From NCBI GenBank assembly GCA_964617995.1, contig CAZTXD010000007.1, positions 1 through 49,939 on the forward strand: a DNA stretch of 49,939 nt, in the 5' to 3' direction. Origin of the DNA: an uncultured Acidimicrobiaceae bacterium (GTDB lineage: Bacteria; Actinomycetota; Acidimicrobiia; Spongiisociales; ZC4RG35). The position numbers and the translations under genes are program-made. Below are positions 19,815-28,328 of the stretch, in pieces; the stretch's first letter is position 1, and the number at the start of each line of letters is the position of its first letter. The notes under the pieces are model-generated. The model saw nothing but the letters and a program-made list of their open reading frames with translations. It ran no database searches and had not been told where the DNA came from.

Positions 19815-19986
19815 GTAATCGAGCCGAAGCTCGAAGCGACGGCCTACCGACGGCTCTGGTTCGCCAGGGAACCGAGAACAGGCATGGGGTCGATGCGATC
19901 CCATTTTCAGGGGGTCGGTTCGCCGAGGAGTGGGTAGTGGCCAACCGAGCGATGGTTACGACGGAATCCGGGCGCATCCCCATGCC

Positions 19987-20811
19987 TCATTGGTTGTCGA
20001 GGAAGTCGAGCGTCACCGCCGCGAATAGGGGGGAGCTGAAGATGTTGTAGTGGGTGAGGCCGGGGAGGACGGCGAGGGCGTGCCCTCCCGCCGGGCGGCC
20101 TTCGCCCATCCAGCCGCCGTCACGGAGGCCGCCGTCCAGCAGCTTGAACACCTCCACGTAGTGGCTGGGCGGGGCCATGTCGGCGTCGGCCGCGACGAGG
20201 AGCGTCGGCACCTGCAAACCCCGCACCTCTTCGGTGAAGTCGAAGTCCTCGCTCATGGCCTCGCCGATCTTGTCCAGCAGGCGCCCGAAGTCCTCGGGTC
20301 GGGGCGCCACCCGCTGGTAGAGCTCGTACATCGGGGTGTCGGTCATGAACTCGACCGCGGCCGAACTCACCTGGGCCTGCTGGGCGAGCATCTCGGCGGG
20401 AAGGGCGTCACGCCACATGTTCGCCGACGCCATGACCAGCCTGCCGACCTTCTCCGGGTGCCGCACGGCGGTATGGAAGGCGACGCCCCCTCCCAGGGAA
20501 TAGCCGACCACGTCGGGTCGGTTCAGCTCGAGATGGTCGATGAGGGCGGCGACGTCGTCGGCCATCAGCCGGGGGTCGATGGGGCGGTCGATGTCGGCGG
20601 TTCGTCCGTGTCCTTGCAGGTCGACGGTGATCACCCGGTGATTTTCGGCCAGCGTCGGGAGGATCGGCCCGAACATCTCGCCGGAACCAAGCCCGCCGTG
20701 CAACAGGATCATCGGCTTTCCGGCGCCGTGGATCTCGTAGTAGAGGTCCAGCCCGTTGATCCGGGCGTATTCGCCGCTGCCGGTCGTCTCCGCGCTCCAG
20801 TCGGTGGTCAC
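19987..20811 (-). CDS. Alpha/beta hydrolase
   Basis: GTG 20811 after a GAGGAGG RBS. LLHGGLG, DLQGHGRT, GYSLGG nucleophile elbow, LPGLTHY. Confidence 0.92.
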   Translation of the reverse strand: MTTDWSAETTGSGEYARINGLDLYYEIHGAGKPMILLHGGLGSGEMFGPILPTLAENHRVITVDLQGHGRTADIDRPIDPRLMADDVAALIDHLELNRPDVVGYSLGGGVAFHTAVRHPEKVGRLVMASANMWRDALPAEMLAQQAQVSSAAVEFMTDTPMYELYQRVAPRPEDFGRLLDKIGEAMSEDFDFTEEVRGLQVPTLLVAADADMAPPSHYVEVFKLLDGGLRDGGWMGEGRPAGGHALAVLPGLTHYNIFSSPLFAAVTLDFLDNQ

Positions 20812-20887
20812 GTTGCTCCTCCTCGGGTCGTGGCTGACATGCTGGCTCGGACGAGTCCGCCGTCCGAAATCAATCGGGCCATAAGGG

Positions 20888-20970
20888 GTTCTTTGGACGC
20901 GGGAGAACGGCCTGAGCGTTCTCTGGACGGTGGCGAACGGATTCCGTAGTGTCAGAAACGGATTCCGTAG
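20888..20970. repeat. Cluster of short repeats and palindromes
   Basis: AACGGATTCCGTAG at 20936 and 20957 (21-bp period, palindromic core ACGGA-T-TCCGT). GTTCT(T/C)TGGACG at 20888 and 20918. Hairpin GAGAACG-N7-CGTTCTC. Confidence 0.7.
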
Positions 20971-21055
20971 GTGCACAACCAAGGAACCCGGGGGCCGTTC
21001 CTCCACAACCAGAGAAGCCGGGGGCGGCCTTCGTCGGGTTCGCCTGGCCGGGGAT

Positions 21056-22276
21056 TCACGACGGTGTGGCGGCCCGTCGCCGTCTGGTGGTGCGGACCCG
21101 GACCCACACGGTGAGCACGGCACTGATCGCCAGCACGGCCGCCACCGTCGCCCACGCCACCGTATACGACTCGGTGGCGTCGACCAGCACCCCGGCTATG
21201 AGCGGTCCCACGGCGAACCCGGCGCTGTTGCCCAGCTGCATCACCCCCGAGGCCTTGCCCACGCCGCCGGCCCCTACCCGGTCGATGATGACGAGCCAGC
21301 CCACCGCATGCCAGGCCATCATGGAAAAGCCGGCGGCGATCACCCCCACCCAGAGCAACCACACCCCGACGGCCTCGGCCAGCGCTACCGCCACCGTCGC
21401 CGCCACCGAGATGACCGAGATCACGAGTAGGGCGGTGGACGGCCGGGCGAAACGCCCACCCGCGGCTCCCCAGACGATCCGGCCCGCGGCGCCGGTCAGT
21501 CCCAGGGCGGCGGCCAGGGCTCCTGCGACGGCGGCCGAGGCTCCCACCCGCTCCTGGGCGTACAGGGGGACGAAGGCGATGACCGCCGATAGAGCCAGAG
21601 CCATCCCCAGGCCGATCACAGTCAGCCAGATCACCGCCGTCTTGGCCTCGACGCTCTCGGCCGACACCCGCGTGGGAGGTGCCGTCCGACGGCTACCGGA
21701 GCCGGACAGGAGGAAGGGAGTGGCGATCAGCCCTGCCGCCGGGATGAGGGCGCTGACTCCCAGCGCCCACCGCCACCCCACCACCAGCGCCAGGGGAGGC
21801 AGGACCGCCCCGGCGATGAGCAGGCCGAGCGGAGGGCCGGCCTGTTTGAGGCCGACCACCAGCCCGCGGCGGGTGCGACCGATCTGGTCTGCTACCACCC
21901 GGTTGGTGACCGGGTTGCCTGCTGCGAGAGCCAGGCCACCCACCACGCTCCCGGCGAGGAGGACCACGAACGTGGGGGCGGCGGCCACCATCACCACCGC
22001 CAGGCCGCTCAGGCCGAACAGGGCGGCCATCACCCGGGTCGTGTGTCGGTCGGTCAACGCTCCCATCGCGGGGGAGAAGACGGCACCGGTCAAGGAGAAG
22101 GCGGTGAAAGCCGCTCCCAGCTGGGACCGGGACAGGCCGAACTCGTCGATCACGAAGCTGGACACCACCGACAGGGCACCCTGCAGGTAGGTGGCGATGG
22201 CCATAGCCGCCCCGAGCAGCGCCACGAGAGCCACCGCGCGGCGGCGACCGGTGAAGAGAGAGGGGGCGCGGCCCAT
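21056..22276 (-). CDS. MFS transporter
   Basis: About 12 TM segments, GALTDR motif A, RRGLVVGLKQAG. Confidence 0.9.
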   Translation of the reverse strand: MGRAPSLFTGRRRAVALVALLGAAMAIATYLQGALSVVSSFVIDEFGLSRSQLGAAFTAFSLTGAVFSPAMGALTDRHTTRVMAALFGLSGLAVVMVAAAPTFVVLLAGSVVGGLALAAGNPVTNRVVADQIGRTRRGLVVGLKQAGPPLGLLIAGAVLPPLALVVGWRWALGVSALIPAAGLIATPFLLSGSGSRRTAPPTRVSAESVEAKTAVIWLTVIGLGMALALSAVIAFVPLYAQERVGASAAVAGALAAALGLTGAAGRIVWGAAGGRFARPSTALLVISVISVAATVAVALAEAVGVWLLWVGVIAAGFSMMAWHAVGWLVIIDRVGAGGVGKASGVMQLGNSAGFAVGPLIAGVLVDATESYTVAWATVAAVLAISAVLTVWVRVRTTRRRRAATPS

Positions 22277-22373
22277 GGGTGGATGTTCGACCCGGTCCGG
22301 GGCGGCGCCAAACGCGACGGCCGGGTAAGGGTCGTCTCAGTTCGACGCGGTGGCGGTCGTCCCTGATCGAATC

Positions 22374-22395
22374 TGTCGGTGGCGGCTGATACAAA
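22374..22395 (+). promoter_or_regulatory. PafBC/RecA-NDp-type DNA-damage promoter motif
   Basis: TGTCGG-N10-TACAAA, ending 7 nt before ATG 22403 (leaderless geometry). The last base deviates from the consensus T. Confidence 0.65.
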
Positions 22396-22402
22396 CGGCC
22401 CC

Positions 22403-23749
22403 ATGGGTAAGAACAACCGGAGTCGCAGGGCCCGGAAGAGGCGACGGGAAGACGCCCGTCGGCGGGACCGGAAGCCACCCACTGACGCTGATGACCGTCG
22501 CAGAGAGACTCCTCCTCTCGGGCACGACCAGCAGCTGCTCGGCGCGGCCTATGCCCATCGCCGCGATGACGGCGATGTCCGCGACGTGTTCATCTCGGCG
22601 CTCCTGGAGCAGCCGCCAGTCCAGGTGGGCGGTGAAGTCGCCCGCCTTCTCCGGCGGATCGTGTCGAACATGTGGGAACGGGGCTGGCAGCCGGTCGACC
22701 TGACCCGCCTCGTCGCCAAGCGGCTCGGGCGCGGAGAGGCCGATCTGTTGCGGCGGGCCATCGCCGCGGAGGCAGTCGACTACCAACAGTGGGGCACGGC
22801 GGTGGCACCCGATTGGATGGCCCAACTGGAGGAGATCGGGGCGGCGCCGACGTCGAACCCATCCCGCCCCTGGCCGCTGCAGTGCTCTGCAGCCTGGAGC
22901 ACGGTGCTCATGTCGGCGGTCACCCTGATCGCTTTCGTCGATGGTCTCCCGGACCTGCCGCGTCTGGCGCCGCCACCGTCCCGATGGCCGGTCACCTCGG
23001 CGGCGAAGACTCGTCAGGCCACTCGTCTGGAGCCCGGTGTGCTGGCACGGATCCGGGCGCTGCTCGCCAAGGCCGAGTCGACCGAGTACGACGCCGAAGC
23101 CGAGGCGTTCACCGCCAAGGCCCAGGAGATGATGACCCGTCACCGCATCGACCGCACCAGCCTCAGCGCCGAGGAGGGACTCTCCAACGGAGGGGTGATA
23201 GGTCGGCGGGTGGGTGTCGACGATCCGTACGCCCGGGCGAAGGCGATGCTGGTGGCTGGCATCGCCCACGCCAACGCCTGCCGAGCCGTCTGGTCCAAGG
23301 AGTTCGGGTTTGCCACCATCCACGGCCATCCCGAGGACGTCGACGGCGTGGAGGAGCTGTACACGTCCCTTCTGGTGCAGGCCACATCCGCCCTGCAGCG
23401 GGAGGGATCCAAGCAGGATCGTTTCGGGCGGAGCCGCACCGCCCGCTTCCGTCGCTCCTTCCTGGTCGGTTTCGCCGTACGGATCGGCGAGAGGCTCGAA
23501 CAGGCCGACTACGAGACGGTCCGACGCGCGGAACGGGAGACCGGTGTCGCCATCGTGCCTCTGCTCGCCTCACGTGCGCGGGCGGCGGAGGAGGCGATGA
23601 ACGCGATACACGGCCGCATGCAGAGGATGTCCGTCTCGGTGTCCGACGGGGAGGGATATGCGGTGGGCACCCGGGTCGCCGACCAGGCCGACCTCACCCT
23701 GCGCTCGGACGGCGAGCTGGCGGGCTCGCCCTCCCATCGGCTCGGGTGA
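22403..23749 (+). CDS. DUF2786 domain-containing protein (Rv0184-like, with N-terminal extension)
   Basis: LARIRALLAKAEST...EAEAFTAKAQEMMTRHRID, LYTSLLVQA, FRRSFLVGFA.RIGERL. Confidence 0.9.
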   Translation: MGKNNRSRRARKRRREDARRRDRKPPTDADDRRRETPPLGHDQQLLGAAYAHRRDDGDVRDVFISALLEQPPVQVGGEVARLLRRIVSNMWERGWQPVDLTRLVAKRLGRGEADLLRRAIAAEAVDYQQWGTAVAPDWMAQLEEIGAAPTSNPSRPWPLQCSAAWSTVLMSAVTLIAFVDGLPDLPRLAPPPSRWPVTSAAKTRQATRLEPGVLARIRALLAKAESTEYDAEAEAFTAKAQEMMTRHRIDRTSLSAEEGLSNGGVIGRRVGVDDPYARAKAMLVAGIAHANACRAVWSKEFGFATIHGHPEDVDGVEELYTSLLVQATSALQREGSKQDRFGRSRTARFRRSFLVGFAVRIGERLEQADYETVRRAERETGVAIVPLLASRARAAEEAMNAIHGRMQRMSVSVSDGEGYAVGTRVADQADLTLRSDGELAGSPSHRLG

Positions 23750-23881
23750 AGCTTCCGTCGAGATGCCAGCTTCCTGACTCGGCGACCAGCTACGAACGTG
23801 CAGTCATCATCCGATACGAATGCTCGTTGCATTCTCGTCGGTCGCTCAGATCGTCTGAGCCCGGAGGTCCGACGAGCGGAA

Positions 23882-25045
23882 CTACTCCACCCGCCACACC
23901 CGCCACAGGGCAGCGGGATCCTCCAACGGGTTGCCGTGGACCAGGAAGAAGTCGGCCGGGCCTCTGGATGCGAGCCGGCCGGCGGTGGGTTCCCGCAGCA
24001 GCTCGCCTCCCATCCAGGTAGCAGCTCCTATGGCCCGCCACGGCTCCAGGCCGGCCTCGACGAGGCACTCCACCTCCCACGCCAGGTGATTGGCGCGCAG
24101 CGAGCCGCCACCGAAATCGGTGCCGGCGGCGATGCGCACTCCGGCGCGGGCGGCCAGGGCGAGGCTGTCGTAAGCCCGTTGGCGTCGTTCGGCCAGCGTG
24201 GCCGGGAAGTCGTCGGTGGTGAACCGCTCCACCGTGGTGGTGGACGAGAACGTCTCCCATGAGGACATCACTCCCAGCGTCGGCACCAGGAAGGTGCCCC
24301 GGCGGGACATCTCGGCGGCCAGCTCGTCGTCGAGGGTGGTGCCGTGCTCGATGCAGTCGACCCCGCCTTCCACCGCCGCCCTCGCTCCCGCCAGGCCGGT
24401 GGCGTGGGCTGTCACCGTGAGCCCGTATCGGGCGGCGGCCGCCACGGCCCGGGCCACCTCGTCGGCGGTCCAGGGGGAAGTTTCGGGTTCGGGTCCGTCC
24501 AGGTACAGCTTGATGAGGTCGGTGCCATCGGCGGCTTGCTTCTCGACGGCGGCGACCAGCGCATCGGCGTCCTCGGCCTCCATGTCGATGGTGGGAGGGA
24601 GGATGCCCGCCCTGGCGATCCAGGTCCCGGCCGCCCGCAGGTAGGGGCGGTCGGAACGACCGGCCCAGGTGTCACGAACCCGCAGAGCGAGAGCGGCTCC
24701 GTCCCGGGGTGGGGAGCCGACGTCCCGGAACCAGCGGATCCCCGCCCGTCTGGCGATCTCGCCGTTGTGCTCCGCCACCTCCAGCAGATCCTCGGTGGGG
24801 TCGTCGATGCGGGCGATCCAATGGGCGCCACCCGGGAGGACGGTGTGGCTGTGGGCGTCGACCATCCCCGGCACCACCGTCGCCCCGGCGGCGTCGACCA
24901 CGCGCACCGGACCCGTGCGCTGGGCGAACTCGTCGTCGTGGCCCATCCATGCGATACGGCGGTCTTCGACCAGGATCGACTGGTCCAACAACAGGTCGGG
25001 TCCCGTCCCGTCGGCGAGGGCGGCGTGGCGGTAGAGAGTGTCCAT
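23882..25045 (-). CDS. Amidohydrolase family protein (prolidase/imidazolonepropionase-like)
   Basis: PGMVDAHSH, DLIKLY, TAHA, CIEHG, AAGTDFG, ADFFLVHGNPL. Confidence 0.92.
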   Translation of the reverse strand: MDTLYRHAALADGTGPDLLLDQSILVEDRRIAWMGHDDEFAQRTGPVRVVDAAGATVVPGMVDAHSHTVLPGGAHWIARIDDPTEDLLEVAEHNGEIARRAGIRWFRDVGSPPRDGAALALRVRDTWAGRSDRPYLRAAGTWIARAGILPPTIDMEAEDADALVAAVEKQAADGTDLIKLYLDGPEPETSPWTADEVARAVAAAARYGLTVTAHATGLAGARAAVEGGVDCIEHGTTLDDELAAEMSRRGTFLVPTLGVMSSWETFSSTTTVERFTTDDFPATLAERRQRAYDSLALAARAGVRIAAGTDFGGGSLRANHLAWEVECLVEAGLEPWRAIGAATWMGGELLREPTAGRLASRGPADFFLVHGNPLEDPAALWRVWRVE

Positions 25046-25360
25046 CGTTTCAGCCTAAGGGAAGCTCCGGTCGACGGTTCACATCATGCGTGGTGGCAAG
25101 TATGGGGGTCGGAGGCGGCGGATCCACGGGCTGTACGACACGATCCACGCCCAGACCGGGGTTCACCTGGCCGCCTCGCTGGGCTCGGCGGTGACCGTGG
25201 CCCGCCTCGTCTTCATCGCCGCCCAGCCCGTCTGAGACCCCTTCCTTCGGCATCTCAGACGGGAGGACCGATGGATGTCGCCGGTCGGGCAGAAAGCGGG
25301 CAGTTCCCGATCTCATCGACACTGCGGCGGCAGATTCACCGCGGCCGGATCGGCGGAATC

Positions 25361-25382
25361 TGTCACACCCACCCCGTAGCTT
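25361..25382 (+). promoter_or_regulatory. PafBC/RecA-NDp-type promoter motif
   Basis: TGTCAC-N10-TAGCTT, preceded by GAATC as at 22369. Its first 10 nt are identical to the site at 49851. Confidence 0.65.
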
Positions 25383-25386
25383 GAAG

Positions 25387-25769
25387 GTCGGGTGCCCGGT
25401 GTGCCGGTGGGGCGAGCCGGGGCCGGTATGCCGGGCACCTCGACTGACGTGTAATGCCGGCTCGTAGGGAAGGGAGGTGGTGCTGTTCGGGATTTGTCCC
25501 GGCAACCCGCGTGATTTAGGTGTAGGCTCGGGGGTCCGGTGGGAAGTCACCGCTCGTGCGTGGAGCCCACGGGACTTGGGGCCTCGTGCTTCGGGTTGTG
25601 GGTGCCGAAAGGCACCCCGGAGAAGGGGGGCTTAAACGCTCTGCTTCTGTTCGGGGGCTCCGCGGACGAGCGGTGCGGTCGTCGAGCCCTGGTTCAGGGC
25701 GGGGGCCACCTGGTCACCGAGCTGTGAAGCAACATGTGGTCGGGACCCCGTCCTCAACGAGGGCTCGAC
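25387..25769 (+). ncRNA. Candidate large structured non-coding RNA
   Basis: Nested long stems with G-U pairs on the + strand, a GAAA tetraloop hairpin, no credible CDS, and a start immediately after a promoter motif (see findings). Confidence 0.6.
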
Positions 25770-27632
25770 TCAGTCCTGGTGGGTGAAGAACACCTCGATG
25801 TCGCGGCCGTGCAGGGGGGCGAACCGGGGCGGGTCCATGAGGGCGTATGGAGGGATGGTGGCCGCCAGCCGGCTCAGGTCGTCGGCGCAGTCGAGGCGCA
25901 ACGCCTCCCGGAGGACGCCCAGATGTGGCGCCTCGCTGTCGACGGGGGAGGGTTTCCAGTACTTGGTGTGGGTGAAAGCACGCCCCGCGGCCCTCCAGGA
26001 CGGGGGCAGTGGAACCTCGCGGTCGACGATCCAGTCGCCGAATCCCGCCACAGATCCACCCACGAAGTCACCGAAGACGCCGCCGCGCACGGGGAAGTAG
26101 AGGTTGGTCCAGCGGGTCACCGAGTAGGGGGCGGCATGATGGAAGAAGAGGAACGTGCCGGTGCGGCCATCCCGGTCCGTGTACGGGCTGTGCCGGAAGA
26201 AGGCGAGACCGTCGGCGTCGCCCCGTTCGTCCCTGATGGGCGGGCACTGCGCCAGCTCCCGGGAGTCGATCTGCTCGTGGAGGGGACGGTCGGTGGAAGC
26301 CAGTAGCAGCTCGGCGTGGGTGAGGGGGCTGCCCAAAGTCACCAGGTCCGTGATGAGCCACGGCTGGGTGGCGCGCCGGCACTCCTGCCAGGCGGCGTGT
26401 TGTCTGGCCTGGGCCCCCTCGGCCGAGCCCGAGAAGGTGTGGAGCTCCTGGGCCCGTTTTCGCTTGGCACGCCGGGGACCGAGGTGGGCGAGATGCATGT
26501 ATGCCCACAGATGGCTGACGATGTCGTAGGCGATGACGCTGCCCAGGCTGTGGCCCACGAGGACGATCCGCTGGTAGCGGTTGGAGAGATGGAGGTCGAG
26601 GAGGAGCCCGACCCCTTCGCTTCGGATCTTGTCCCGCACGTCCACGTTGGCCGGTGATGCGCTCAGGTAGCGGGCGGCGTCCCCCAGGTAGTGGATGAGG
26701 AAACCCGACCCGAGGAGGGAGACGACAGACGAGATCAGCGACAGGGTTCCCGCCAGGGCCTGGAGGTCCCCCGCCCGGGGAGCGACCAGCACCAGGATGG
26801 ACACGGCGAGGACGAGCACCGCTCCCACGACGACGTACCACACGGGGCGGATCTTCTCGGGGACGTCGCTCGGTTTGCGCACCAGCAGATCCACGAGCCA
26901 TTTGAGTACCTGTCCCCGAGTGGTGTCCCGGATGTGATGGGACCAGTAGAACTCGAAGAAGTCAGTCTTGGGGATGTCACCTTGCGCGGCCATCGACAGG
27001 CGCCGCAGCTCGTAGGTGGTGGAGACATGGTCGGGTTTGGAGCGCACCCTGCTGCCGGCTCCCATCACCCCTACCACGAACCGCCGGAGCGTGTCCCCGG
27101 GCACGGGTTCGCCGATGCCGTGGATCACGACCACCGCCTGAGCCGGCTTGCGGCGCTTCTCGATGGTGTCGGTCAGCGAGGAGAGACGGGACAGCGCGGC
27201 GGTCCAGCAGCTACGCCACTCCCCGATGTGCTTGGCGTGTATGTCGCTTTTCGTCCCGTGCTCGGAGATGGAGACGGTCGATCGTTCCTTCTTCGACCCC
27301 TTCGGTTCGACCGACACTGTGAGTGTGGTGGAGAGTCGCCGCCCGCCGGAGACGGTTTCGGTCCGGAAGGTGAACTCCCGGCCGGAGGCGGCTTCGAATG
27401 TGATCAGCCGATAGCGTCCCCCGACCATGTCCACGGCGCCGGAGGCGTCGGGCTGGCGGCCAAGGCGGCAGCCCGAGCCCAGCCACCTGTCCTGGGCTTC
27501 ATGATCGAAGAGGAGCTCTACCGCGTCGTCGACCCCGACCCGCAGGTCGACCGACTCGGAGAACAGCCGTCGTTTCTCGGAGTCGGCTGAGGGGGGGTCC
27601 GGATCGGCGCCGGCCGTTTGCGACTGGTCCAC
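25770..27632 (-). CDS. Membrane-associated lipase-like alpha/beta hydrolase with an N-terminal SRPBCC-like domain
   Basis: VVIHGIGE, two TM helices, GDAARYL, VGHSLGSVIAYD, LVTLGSPL, WTNLY, GDFVGG, HTKYW. The first ~155 aa follow an AHA1/START pattern (QDRWLG...STVSISEHG...WTAALSRL). Confidence 0.75.
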   Translation of the reverse strand: MDQSQTAGADPDPPSADSEKRRLFSESVDLRVGVDDAVELLFDHEAQDRWLGSGCRLGRQPDASGAVDMVGGRYRLITFEAASGREFTFRTETVSGGRRLSTTLTVSVEPKGSKKERSTVSISEHGTKSDIHAKHIGEWRSCWTAALSRLSSLTDTIEKRRKPAQAVVVIHGIGEPVPGDTLRRFVVGVMGAGSRVRSKPDHVSTTYELRRLSMAAQGDIPKTDFFEFYWSHHIRDTTRGQVLKWLVDLLVRKPSDVPEKIRPVWYVVVGAVLVLAVSILVLVAPRAGDLQALAGTLSLISSVVSLLGSGFLIHYLGDAARYLSASPANVDVRDKIRSEGVGLLLDLHLSNRYQRIVLVGHSLGSVIAYDIVSHLWAYMHLAHLGPRRAKRKRAQELHTFSGSAEGAQARQHAAWQECRRATQPWLITDLVTLGSPLTHAELLLASTDRPLHEQIDSRELAQCPPIRDERGDADGLAFFRHSPYTDRDGRTGTFLFFHHAAPYSVTRWTNLYFPVRGGVFGDFVGGSVAGFGDWIVDREVPLPPSWRAAGRAFTHTKYWKPSPVDSEAPHLGVLREALRLDCADDLSRLAATIPPYALMDPPRFAPLHGRDIEVFFTHQD

Positions 27633-27795
27633 GTTTCACATGCTGGCACAGCGGGGTCGGCCGTGTCCCCCTCGGTCGTCCCTACAACGGAGTGGGCGCC
27701 GTGCACCCGCCGTGACCATCGATCGGTGTAACGACTCCCGGCATCCCTCGAGTCCAACCGGCGTGCGTTTTCGCCTTCCCGAGTGGGACGTGCCG

Positions 27796-28209
27796 ATGCC
27801 GGAGCCGTTGGTGTTGTACTGGCGTGCATGGAACGAGCAGGATCTGGAACATGTACCACGGCATCTCGCCGGTGCGGTCACAGAGGACGTCGAGTGGAAT
27901 GATCCACGGGATTCATTCGTCGGCATCGCTGCCCTGGAAGCGGCCATTCGGCACCTTCGGACAAGCAAGCTGGGGTATCGCTTCGTCATCGCCTCGGAGA
28001 TCGATCACCATCACGGCCGACTCAGATATCGATGGGACATGATCCATCGAGGACGGACGTTGATGGAAGGTCTCGACATCGTCACGCTCGAGTCCTCGGC
28101 GGGACTGATCTGTCGAGTCGATGGGTTCTTCGGGCATCCCACACCGATCAACGACGACAAGAGCGGTGTGCCCGATGCCCTCCGCCGCTCTGCCGCCGTG
28201 GGCGGATAG
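27796..28209 (+). CDS. SnoaL/NTF2-like protein
   Basis: YWRAWNE...DVEWNDP...G...IDHHH..LRYRW...GLD...RVDGFFG. Confidence 0.85.
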   Translation: MPEPLVLYWRAWNEQDLEHVPRHLAGAVTEDVEWNDPRDSFVGIAALEAAIRHLRTSKLGYRFVIASEIDHHHGRLRYRWDMIHRGRTLMEGLDIVTLESSAGLICRVDGFFGHPTPINDDKSGVPDALRRSAAVGG

Positions 28210-28328
28210 GCGCCCCAGCCCTCGCGTATGACAGGGTTGCCGAAGCCCGAGACGCCGATGCCACCGAAATGGGTTCTACCGGGGTCCACGGCAGCGGTGG
28301 GCAGGGTCCTGCCCGTACGCTTGGCGCG

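Noticed and set aside
25437-25472. TPP-riboswitch-like fragment (TAATGCCGGCTCGTAGGGAAG) in the structured region
   Set aside because: No correctly placed UGAGA element and no downstream gene to regulate. The resemblance is partial.
25477-25635. Short ORF after GGGAGG inside the structured region
   Set aside because: No recognisable protein pattern. The sequence is better explained by base-pairing, although a peptide cannot be excluded.
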